From positions 72,151 to 136,150 of the forward strand of contig JBJLAJ010000001.1 of assembly GCA_045568775.1 (NCBI GenBank): a DNA stretch of 64,000 nucleotides, in the 5' to 3' direction. Below the pieces are notes generated by a model. That model did no database searches. It saw only the letters and a list, made by a program, of their open reading frames with translations, and was not told the DNA's origin. Each line of letters starts with the position of its first letter. Positions within the stretch are counted from its first letter, which is position 1. This document shows positions 56,818-64,000 of the stretch, in pieces. The translations under genes were made by a program, and so were the position numbers. This DNA comes from Cytophagales bacterium. Lineage in GTDB: Bacteria; Bacteroidota; Bacteroidia; Cytophagales; MED-G16.

Positions 56818-58099
56818 CTGTTAAATAATCAAAAGTTAAATTAACCATCGCTTTAACACCCAACAATAATCCGCTATCGTCAACGTAAAAATCAGGAGTA
56901 TGGTGGCTATAGCCTTTATTAGGATGATCTTCATTGGGCATACCACCTAACCTAAAAAAGAAACCAGGAATCTCATTTGCAAAATAAGAAAAATCTTCCG
57001 CTCCTGTGCTTGCCCTTGCTAAAACTGTATTTTTTTCTCCCGCTACCCTAATTAAAGTGTTTTTCATTTGATCGGTTAAAGCAAGATCATTAAATGTAAT
57101 TGGGTATGGGTTTCCTAGAATTAATTCTGCTTCAACTTTATTACTTTTTGCTGTATATGAAATTATTTCGCCTAACCTTTTATATATCTTGTCTCTCATT
57201 GAATAATCAAGAGCGCGAATTGTGCCTTCCATGTAGGCCTCTTCTGGTATAATGTTGCTCCTTATTCCGCTTTCAAAACGACCAATTGTAACTACAGCAG
57301 CTTCATTTGTTAAGTCTAAATTCCTACTTACAATTGTTTGAATGTTGTTTATTATTTGTGCTCCCGCGACTATAGGATCTGCGCCAGCCCAAGGTGTTGA
57401 ACCATGAGCTTGACTTCCTTTAATTTTGACCTCAAAAGAAGTGGCGCTTGCTAAAGCACCTCCTGGCTTATAAGCAAGTTTGTTTACGGGTAAACCTGAA
57501 GACACGTGTAAACCAAAAATAACATCAACGTCTGGGTTTTTTAACACACCCTCTTTAACCATTAATTCAGCTCCACCTTCTTCTCCAGCGGGAGGCCCCT
57601 CCTCAGCGGGCTGAAAAATAAATTTAACGGTACCTTTTATTTCCTTTTGCATTTCTTTTAAAACAGATGCTACTCCCATTAATATTGCAACATGAGTGTC
57701 GTGTCCACACGCGTGCATAACACCAACCTCAACATCTTTATATATTGTTTTTACCTTAGAGGCAAATGGTATGTTTACTCTTTCTGTGACAGGAAGGGCG
57801 TCCATATCTGCTCTTAAAGCAACAACCTTTCCTGGTAACCCACCTTTTAAGATTCCAACAACACCTGTGTGTGCAATGTTTTCTTGAACCTCTAAACCTA
57901 ATGATTTCAAATGATCAGCAACATATTTGGCTGTCAAAAACTCTCTGTTAGATAGTTCAGGGTTTTGGTGTATATGCCTTCTCCATTTGATAACGTTCTT
58001 TTCTACACCCAAAGATAGTCTTTCAATTTTTTTATATATATTGTTTGAGTTAGCCGATGTAAAAGAAAACATCAAGAGTATAATTATAATTTTTTTCAT
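56810..58099 (-). CDS. M20D amidohydrolase
   Basis: RRHIHQNPELS, RADMDALP, MHACGHD, FQPAEEG, AEDFSY, HHTP. Confidence 0.9.
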   Translation of the reverse strand: MKKIIIILLMFSFTSANSNNIYKKIERLSLGVEKNVIKWRRHIHQNPELSNREFLTAKYVADHLKSLGLEVQENIAHTGVVGILKGGLPGKVVALRADMDALPVTERVNIPFASKVKTIYKDVEVGVMHACGHDTHVAILMGVASVLKEMQKEIKGTVKFIFQPAEEGPPAGEEGGAELMVKEGVLKNPDVDVIFGLHVSSGLPVNKLAYKPGGALASATSFEVKIKGSQAHGSTPWAGADPIVAGAQIINNIQTIVSRNLDLTNEAAVVTIGRFESGIRSNIIPEEAYMEGTIRALDYSMRDKIYKRLGEIISYTAKSNKVEAELILGNPYPITFNDLALTDQMKNTLIRVAGEKNTVLARASTGAEDFSYFANEIPGFFFRLGGMPNEDHPNKGYSHHTPDFYVDDSGLLLGVKAMVNLTFDYLTAN

Positions 58100-58134
58100 A
58101 GATAAAACTTTAATTCAACTATTAATATAAAAAT

Positions 58135-59247
58135 ATGTTTGGTTTAATTATTCCTTTATTGTTAATTTTTTTTTGTGGCTATGTTATATGGAGGGCTGGA
58201 GATACTTTTCTGGAGGGCTCAAACTATATTGGGAGAAATCTTAAAGATGGTGTAAAGGGAGCTACAATAAATGCTGTTGCAAGCTCAATGCCTGAATTGT
58301 TTATTGCTTTGTTTTTTTTATTTTACCTAAAAGATGTTATAGGGTTTTCGGGTGGTTTAGGAACCTCTTTTGGTAGTGTTTTGTTTAATTCTTTAATAAT
58401 TCCTTCTGTTGCGATAATTGGTGTTTTATCGAAATCTAAAAAAAACACTGTTGTTGTTTCAAAAAAAATTATTCTAAGAGATGGGGTTTGGTTGCTTCTT
58501 GTTGAGTTTGTGTTAATTTATTTTATTCAACAAGGAACAATAAGTTGGGTTGAGAGTTTGTTGTTAATGTTAATCTATATTTTATACTTAATTTATCTTT
58601 TTAAGACAATGCGGGGGGGTGAAAGTATTAAATATGAAGAGCCGCTTAGTGAAAAAGAAACTGTTTCTTTAATGTCTGCTTTTATAATTCTTGATCTTAA
58701 AAGAATTTTAATTGGAAACAAACCATTAAACATCCAAAAAGCGTGGGTTGTTTTTGTTATATCCTCCTTGGTTATTGGTTTTGTTTGTTATTTTCTTGTT
58801 GTTGCTTGTGAGTGGTTAGGTAGTGAACGGTATTCTGTGCCTTGGATTGGTGAATTCGAGGGCTTGGGGGTTCCTTTATTATTTGTGGCTATAATTTTTG
58901 CGGCTATAGGTAGTAGTTTTCCTGACACTATTATTTCATATAAGGATGCTCAAAAAGGAAATTACGACGATGCTATATCAAACGCATACGGAAGTAATAT
59001 TTTTAATTTGTGTGTTGCTTTGGGGGTTCCTTTGTTTTTTTTCACACTCACTTATGGTCCTATAGTTTTAACAAAAGATATTATAGATTTAATTTCAAAT
59101 TTATCATGGTGGTTTGTGGGTTTAACTATCTTTTCTTTATTCTTATATACACGTGGTTCTGGAGTAAATAAAAACCAGGCTGTTATATTAATATCATCAT
59201 ATTTTGTTTTTATTTTTTATATTTTTTGGATTGCAACCAATGGATAG
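58135..59247 (+). CDS. CaCA-family Na+/Ca2+ antiporter
   Basis: Alpha repeats GATINAVASSMPE and AAIGSSFPDT..GSNIFN; multi-TM. Confidence 0.88.
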   Translation: MFGLIIPLLLIFFCGYVIWRAGDTFLEGSNYIGRNLKDGVKGATINAVASSMPELFIALFFLFYLKDVIGFSGGLGTSFGSVLFNSLIIPSVAIIGVLSKSKKNTVVVSKKIILRDGVWLLLVEFVLIYFIQQGTISWVESLLLMLIYILYLIYLFKTMRGGESIKYEEPLSEKETVSLMSAFIILDLKRILIGNKPLNIQKAWVVFVISSLVIGFVCYFLVVACEWLGSERYSVPWIGEFEGLGVPLLFVAIIFAAIGSSFPDTIISYKDAQKGNYDDAISNAYGSNIFNLCVALGVPLFFFTLTYGPIVLTKDIIDLISNLSWWFVGLTIFSLFLYTRGSGVNKNQAVILISSYFVFIFYIFWIATNG

Positions 59248-59282
59248 GAATATTTTTATTTTTTTTAACTAAATTAATTTTT

Positions 59283-60704
59283 ATGAGGTTACTCTTTTTT
59301 GTCTTATTTAATGTTTTTTCTGTTTCGTTATATTCTCAAAACAACAATATAATTAAAGACATTGATCTTCATATAGAAAAATACAACACCGCAGCGCTAA
59401 ACATATGGAATTATGCAGAGGTTGGTTATAAAGAAAAGAAAAGTTCAGAGGAGTTGATATTATTATTAGAGAGTGAGGGTTTTATAATAAAAAGAGGGGT
59501 TGTTGGAATTCCAACTGCATTTACAGCAGAGTATAATAATGGTGGATCTGTTATTGGTATATTAGGTGAGTATGACGCTCTTCCTGGGTTGTCTCAAACA
59601 ATAGACCCTTTAAAAAAAGAAAGAAACGGTGTTTCTGCGGGCCACGCTTGTGGTCATAATTTATTTGGGGTAGCTAGTGTAGCGGCAGCAATAGCTGTAA
59701 AAAATTGGTTAAAAAACACAAACACCAAAGGTACGGTTAGGTTTTATGGTTGTCCCGCAGAAGAGGGTGGTTCAGGAAAAGTTTATATGGTAAGGGGTGG
59801 TTTGTTTAAAGATGTGGATATTGTTTTACACTGGCACCCGTCTAGTAGAAACTCTGCCTCCACAAGAACGTCTTTAGCAAACAAAACTGGTAAGTTTAGG
59901 TTTTATGGTGTCTCTTCCCACGCCGCCAGCGCTCCAGAACAAGGAAGGTCAGCACTAGATGGATTAGAAGCAATGAACTCAATGGTTAATTTAATGAGAG
60001 AACATGTTACCCAAGAAAGTAGAATTCATTACGTAATCACAAAAGGTGGAGACGCTCCAAATGTTGTTCCTAATTTTGTAGAGGGTTATTATTATGTTAG
60101 ACACCCCAACCCAGAAGAGGTTAGGGATATGTGGAAAAGAATAGAATTGTGTGCAGAGGGCGCTGCGTTAGGAACAGAAACAACCTTTGATTATGAGGTG
60201 ACTGGAGGGGTTTATAATATATTGCCAAACGAAACACTTCAAGAGGTTATTTATAAAAAACTAAAAGAGGTTGGTGGGGTTTATTATAATAAAGAAGAAA
60301 AGGTGTATGCAGAGGGTATTAAAAAAACACTAAAATATCCTGTTGAATTATCAAAGGCAGAAGTTATATATGAATATGGTGTTAATTTATCTACAAAAGG
60401 GGGTGGGTCCACTGATGTGGGTGATGTAAGTTGGGCTGTTCCAACTGCTGGTTTTTCTACAGCCACATACGTTCCTGGAACACCAGGACATTCTTGGCAA
60501 GCAGCGTCTTGTACAGGAACAACAATTGGTTTAAAGGGTATGCTTAACGCAGCAAAGGTGTTAGCTTTATCTGCACAAGAAATAATAATTAACAAAAAAA
60601 TAATAGAAAATGCTTTTTTTGAATTTGAAAATAAGAAAGGCAAAAACTATATTTATAATCCATTAATTGGAAATAGGGAACCCGCTTTAAACTATAGAAA
60701 CTAA
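59283..60704 (+). CDS. M20 amidohydrolase, AbgB-like
   Basis: GEYDALPG, HACGHN, CPAEEGG, HWHP, GSTDVGDVSW; signal peptide. Confidence 0.85.
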   Translation: MRLLFFVLFNVFSVSLYSQNNNIIKDIDLHIEKYNTAALNIWNYAEVGYKEKKSSEELILLLESEGFIIKRGVVGIPTAFTAEYNNGGSVIGILGEYDALPGLSQTIDPLKKERNGVSAGHACGHNLFGVASVAAAIAVKNWLKNTNTKGTVRFYGCPAEEGGSGKVYMVRGGLFKDVDIVLHWHPSSRNSASTRTSLANKTGKFRFYGVSSHAASAPEQGRSALDGLEAMNSMVNLMREHVTQESRIHYVITKGGDAPNVVPNFVEGYYYVRHPNPEEVRDMWKRIELCAEGAALGTETTFDYEVTGGVYNILPNETLQEVIYKKLKEVGGVYYNKEEKVYAEGIKKTLKYPVELSKAEVIYEYGVNLSTKGGGSTDVGDVSWAVPTAGFSTATYVPGTPGHSWQAASCTGTTIGLKGMLNAAKVLALSAQEIIINKKIIENAFFEFENKKGKNYIYNPLIGNREPALNYRN

Positions 60705-60709
60705 AAACA

Positions 60710-62092
60710 ATGAAAAACTTAATTATACTTTTATTTATACCCCTTTTGTTTTCTTGTAATAGAAAACAAGATGTTTTTGATTCAGAAACAGCTGAAATAA
60801 TAAACAACTTTTACGGCGATGCCTTAGAATATAAAGAAAGCTATAATTTATTGAGGAGTCTGTCTAAAGATGTTGGGCAAAGGTTAAGTGGATCAGAGGG
60901 TGCAAAGAAAGCGGTTGTGTGGTCAGTACAAACAATGGAGAGTCTTGCTTTTGATACAGTATATATACAGGAGGTTATGGTGCCTCATTGGGAAAGAGGA
61001 GAAGAAGAGAGTTGTTTTTTTTATGCTGGAAATGAAAAAATAAACCTTAGGGTTTTAGGGGCTGGGGGAACTGTGTCTACGCCTCCTGGGGGAGTAACCG
61101 CTGAGGTGGTTGAGGTGTTTTCTTTAGATGAGGTTGATGAGTTAGGGGAAGAAAAAATCAAAGGAAAAATAGTTTTTTATAACAAAGGTTTTAATCCAAG
61201 ATATATTAACCAAGGTTCTTCTTATGGACAAACGGGTTTTCAAAGAAGGTCTGGCGCTGTAAAAGCCGCTGAGTATGGAGCTGTGGCCTCGGTGTTTAGG
61301 TCTTTGTCCTCTATAGAAGATGATGTTCCTCACACAGGGGGGATGTCATACAAAAGAGGTTTAGATAGTATACCCCATGGTGCTTTAGGTGTGGTTTCGG
61401 CAATTAAGCTCTCGGAGGCTTTGAAAAGAAACCCTCAAACTAAATTATCGCTTACCTTGTCAGGTAAATGGTATCCTGACGCTCTCTCCCATAATGTTGT
61501 TGGTGAAATAAGGGGTGTTAAAAACCCAGAAAAAATAATAACCGTTGGTGGTCATTTAGACTCATGGGATGTGGGCGAAGGTGCTCACGATGATGGTGCT
61601 GGTTGTGTTCATTCTATAGGTGCTTTAAGGTTATTTCAAAAACAAAACATAAAACCAAACAACACGCTTAGAGCGGTAATGTTTATGAATGAGGAGAATG
61701 GGCTCCGGGGTGGGGGGAAATATGCAGACATAGCGTTAGAAGAAAAAGAAGAACATATAGCTGCGATTGAAAGTGATGCTAGTGGGTATGTTCCTCGTGG
61801 GTTTGGGTTTTCAGGAAGTGACGAACAACATCAAAAAATTCAAGAATGGCTTAAATATTTTGACAAAAACACAATCTCATACTTCTCTAAAGGTGGGGGT
61901 GGTGCTGACATTGGACCTTTACATAGAAAAACAGGAACGCCAATGTTTGGCTTAAGCATTGATGGTCAAAAATATTTTGAGATGCACCACACAGAAAAGG
62001 ATGTTTTTGAACTAGTAAACGCAAGAGAGCTAGAGCTCGGAACAGCCTCTATGGCGTCTTTAGTATATCTTATTGATAAATATGGTTTATAA
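60710..62092 (+). CDS. M28 family peptidase lipoprotein (carboxypeptidase Q-like)
   Basis: Lipobox LFSC; PA domain; GGHLDSWD, HDDGAG, NEENG, ESD, MHH. Confidence 0.88.
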   Translation: MKNLIILLFIPLLFSCNRKQDVFDSETAEIINNFYGDALEYKESYNLLRSLSKDVGQRLSGSEGAKKAVVWSVQTMESLAFDTVYIQEVMVPHWERGEEESCFFYAGNEKINLRVLGAGGTVSTPPGGVTAEVVEVFSLDEVDELGEEKIKGKIVFYNKGFNPRYINQGSSYGQTGFQRRSGAVKAAEYGAVASVFRSLSSIEDDVPHTGGMSYKRGLDSIPHGALGVVSAIKLSEALKRNPQTKLSLTLSGKWYPDALSHNVVGEIRGVKNPEKIITVGGHLDSWDVGEGAHDDGAGCVHSIGALRLFQKQNIKPNNTLRAVMFMNEENGLRGGGKYADIALEEKEEHIAAIESDASGYVPRGFGFSGSDEQHQKIQEWLKYFDKNTISYFSKGGGGADIGPLHRKTGTPMFGLSIDGQKYFEMHHTEKDVFELVNARELELGTASMASLVYLIDKYGL

Positions 62093-62576
62093 AAACACAA
62101 TATTAATTGTCTTTTTATTACTTATTACTCCAATAAAATTATCTTCTCATTCTTTTTATGTTAGTGTTTGCAATGTTTACGAAAAAGAACAGAAAACTTT
62201 TTTTTCGATAAGGGTTTTTAAAGATGATGTTTTTGATGCTCTAAAAATCAGAAAGTCTTCTTCTGATTTATTGGTTGTTGATAAGGAAAAAATTAAACGA
62301 TACGTTCTTGACAATTTTATTGTTAAGGTAAACGAAAAAGATAAAAAATTAAACGTTGAGCGTTTAACTTTTGAGGGCAGTGACTACACAGAAACACTAA
62401 ACCTTGTTTTTAGCTTAAAAGAAAGTCTTGTGGATAAAAACCTAGGAATTACCAACACCGTTTTACTAGAGAGTATAGATGACCAAACAAATGTTGTTGG
62501 TGTAAAAATTAACAACACAAAAAAAACTCTAACATACAGCAAAAACAAAAAAGAGGGGTGGGTAAAAATAATATAA
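62082..62576 (+). CDS. Exported protein, DUF6702-like
   Basis: Signal peptide followed by H.FYVS; C-terminal N..L.E..D..Q.N.V pattern. Confidence 0.6.
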   Translation: MVYKNTILIVFLLLITPIKLSSHSFYVSVCNVYEKEQKTFFSIRVFKDDVFDALKIRKSSSDLLVVDKEKIKRYVLDNFIVKVNEKDKKLNVERLTFEGSDYTETLNLVFSLKESLVDKNLGITNTVLLESIDDQTNVVGVKINNTKKTLTYSKNKKEGWVKII

Positions 62577-63094
62577 ACGTTTTAGTTGGTTCTAAAAACC
62601 CAACAAAAATAAATGCTGTGTTTAAGGCTTTTAGTGTTGTTTTTCCAAAATCAAAAATTGTTGTGACGGGAGAAAAAACACCCTCTTTGGTTTCAAACCA
62701 ACCAATGTCTTGCTTTGAAACAAAAAAAGGAGCCACAAACAGAGCAAAAAACATAACCAATAAACCCGCCGATTACCACGTTGGTATTGAGGGTGGGTGC
62801 TCATATGAGGGTGGTGTATTATTTGCTTTTGCTTGGGTTGTAACGTTAACAGAAAAAAGAAAAGGGTTGGGTAAAACGTCGCTATTTCAACTACCAAAAG
62901 AAATCCAAAAGCTTATAGAAAAAGGGGTGGAGCTTGGTGAGGCTGATGATATTGTTTTTAAAAGAACAAACTCCAAACATAAAGATGGTGCTGTTGGTAT
63001 ATTAACAGGAGGGATAATAGATAGATCAAAATATTACACCGAAGCTGTTATTATGTCTCTCCTTCCTTTTATAAATAAACGTCTCAGTTTTTAG
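62558..63094 (+). CDS. yjjX: Inosine/xanthosine triphosphatase
   Basis: GSKNPTKINAV, QPMS..ET..GATNRA, GIEGG, ELGEA.D, GAVGILT. Confidence 0.92.
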   Translation: MGKNNINVLVGSKNPTKINAVFKAFSVVFPKSKIVVTGEKTPSLVSNQPMSCFETKKGATNRAKNITNKPADYHVGIEGGCSYEGGVLFAFAWVVTLTEKRKGLGKTSLFQLPKEIQKLIEKGVELGEADDIVFKRTNSKHKDGAVGILTGGIIDRSKYYTEAVIMSLLPFINKRLSF

Positions 63095-63921
63095 TTTGAT
63101 AAAAAATCTAATAGCAGTTCTTCTTTGTTTGTGATATTGTTGTTTGTGTAGAAATATTTGTTTCGTGTTGCTGTGTGCTCTAAAACTAACATTAAGGTTT
63201 TTTTGTTTGATGTTGGGTTTAAATTCTCGAGGTTATATGTTTTTTGTATAAAATATTCTGTTCCTTGATAAAAATGAACGACGTAGTTAATTCCGTTTGA
63301 AAAATAAAAACGGTAATCATCTTTTTCCTCAACAAAGGTTGTGTTTTGAGGTGGGTTTATGTTGAGTTTTGTTGTTATTCCTATTTTGTCTTTTTCGAGA
63401 TTTGGTTTTCTAAGTATTCTACCAGAGGGTTTTATTTTAACTTTCAGCAAAACCTCTGGTTGGGGTGAAAAAAGAAAGTTTTTTTGTTTTGATTTTAAAG
63501 TAATAATTTTTGTTTTTAGCAAATTAAAAACAGAGTCTCCAGAAAGAACTAAGGTGGGGAGTGCGTTTGGTTTTTCAAAAAAATTAAAACTAAAAAACTG
63601 AATTGATTTGTTGCTTTCAGAAAAAACAATTGTATTCTTTATTTCTCTTTTTTTAATGTATTCTAATAAAGACTTGTTTGTTTCTTGAGAGGTGTATATG
63701 TTTAAGCTATCTATATAATTAACAACATCAACACCTATAGAGGTGAGTTTTTGATGAATTTTAAAAATCTCTTCTTTTTCTTTTTCTTTATTTTTAAAAG
63801 AATAAACCACTATGCTTTTTTCTAAAGAAAAACCTCTGTTTTTGTTGTCTGATTGAGAAAAACCCTCTTGTAAAAACACGAGTGATATTAAAGAAAAAAG
63901 AACTAAAGTTCTTGTGGTCAT
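63091..63921 (-). CDS. Hypothetical exported protein
   Basis: 276-aa ORF with a signal peptide ending GFS-Q; no family recognised. Confidence 0.7.
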   Translation of the reverse strand: MTTRTLVLFSLISLVFLQEGFSQSDNKNRGFSLEKSIVVYSFKNKEKEKEEIFKIHQKLTSIGVDVVNYIDSLNIYTSQETNKSLLEYIKKREIKNTIVFSESNKSIQFFSFNFFEKPNALPTLVLSGDSVFNLLKTKIITLKSKQKNFLFSPQPEVLLKVKIKPSGRILRKPNLEKDKIGITTKLNINPPQNTTFVEEKDDYRFYFSNGINYVVHFYQGTEYFIQKTYNLENLNPTSNKKTLMLVLEHTATRNKYFYTNNNITNKEELLLDFLSN

Positions 63922-64000
63922 ATCTTTGTTTGTTTTAAAAAATAATTTATTAATATACGATTTATGAAATTAATTAGTATGAGGTTTTTATATTAGTTGT

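Noticed and set aside
8260-59282. Longer ORF-track starts (pheS 8260, prmC 20861, psd 23032, ThuA 29576, dipeptidase 38209, uvrA 46437, nth 47988, amidohydrolase 59226)
   Set aside because: They run into promoter boxes or neighbouring genes; downstream ATG or GTG starts fit family N-termini better.
443-63601. The many short (60-150 aa) antisense or alternate-frame ORFs in the track, e.g. 43139-43588 and 60284-60643
   Set aside because: They lie wholly within well-supported genes, have no recognisable motifs and are expected shadows.
43615-63921. Apparent GC-skew switch suggesting a replication origin
   Set aside because: Spot counts mostly follow the coding strand (the minus-strand gene at 57.7 kb is still C>G on +), so skew is not separable by eye.
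1-64000. CRISPR arrays, tRNA/rRNA, IS elements, prophage, defence or retroelement genes
   Set aside because: No direct-repeat arrays, cloverleafs, transposase, integrase, reverse transcriptase or nuclease motifs seen, and intergenic gaps are almost all too small (under about 140 bp).

Overview
A very gene-dense, AT-rich (about 30% GC by eye) stretch of core chromosome from a Bacteroidota bacterium. It is most likely a streamlined marine Cytophagales-type lineage, inferred from the guaB-PP2C-surA, HU-TPR-rng and mutY-ssb-gldE-gldD gene orders and from TAnnTTTG promoters. About 65 CDS tile the window with almost no intergenic DNA. They cover mreB (partial), purH/purN, a cytochrome c maturation operon (ccmB-C-D-E-F), cysC/cysQ, pheS, a GC-richer LamG protein, surA, guaB and a vitamin uptake cluster with a TPP riboswitch. 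They continue with prmC/ribD/msrC, psd/gdh/cdsA, dusB, a frameshifted sugar isomerase, an MBL-cupin-PLP decarboxylase operon, a 1506-aa unknown protein, DNA repair genes, gld genes and several peptidases. I saw no rRNA, tRNA, CRISPR array, prophage or IS element. Two small genes missed by the ORF track were recovered: CcmD and a 29-aa bS22/mS38-like protein. The most interesting signals are regulatory or motif-level. Promoter -7 boxes abut start codons (probable leaderless mRNAs). The guaB leader carries a hairpin that could work by GTP-dependent start-site switching. The TPP riboswitch has a degenerate P4/P1 and sits beside a stand-alone NadR-like kinase. Several enzymes have altered active-site motifs, all nine convergent gene pairs overlap, and sequence composition drifts in the right third. 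All functional calls come from motif recognition by eye; no database search was run.
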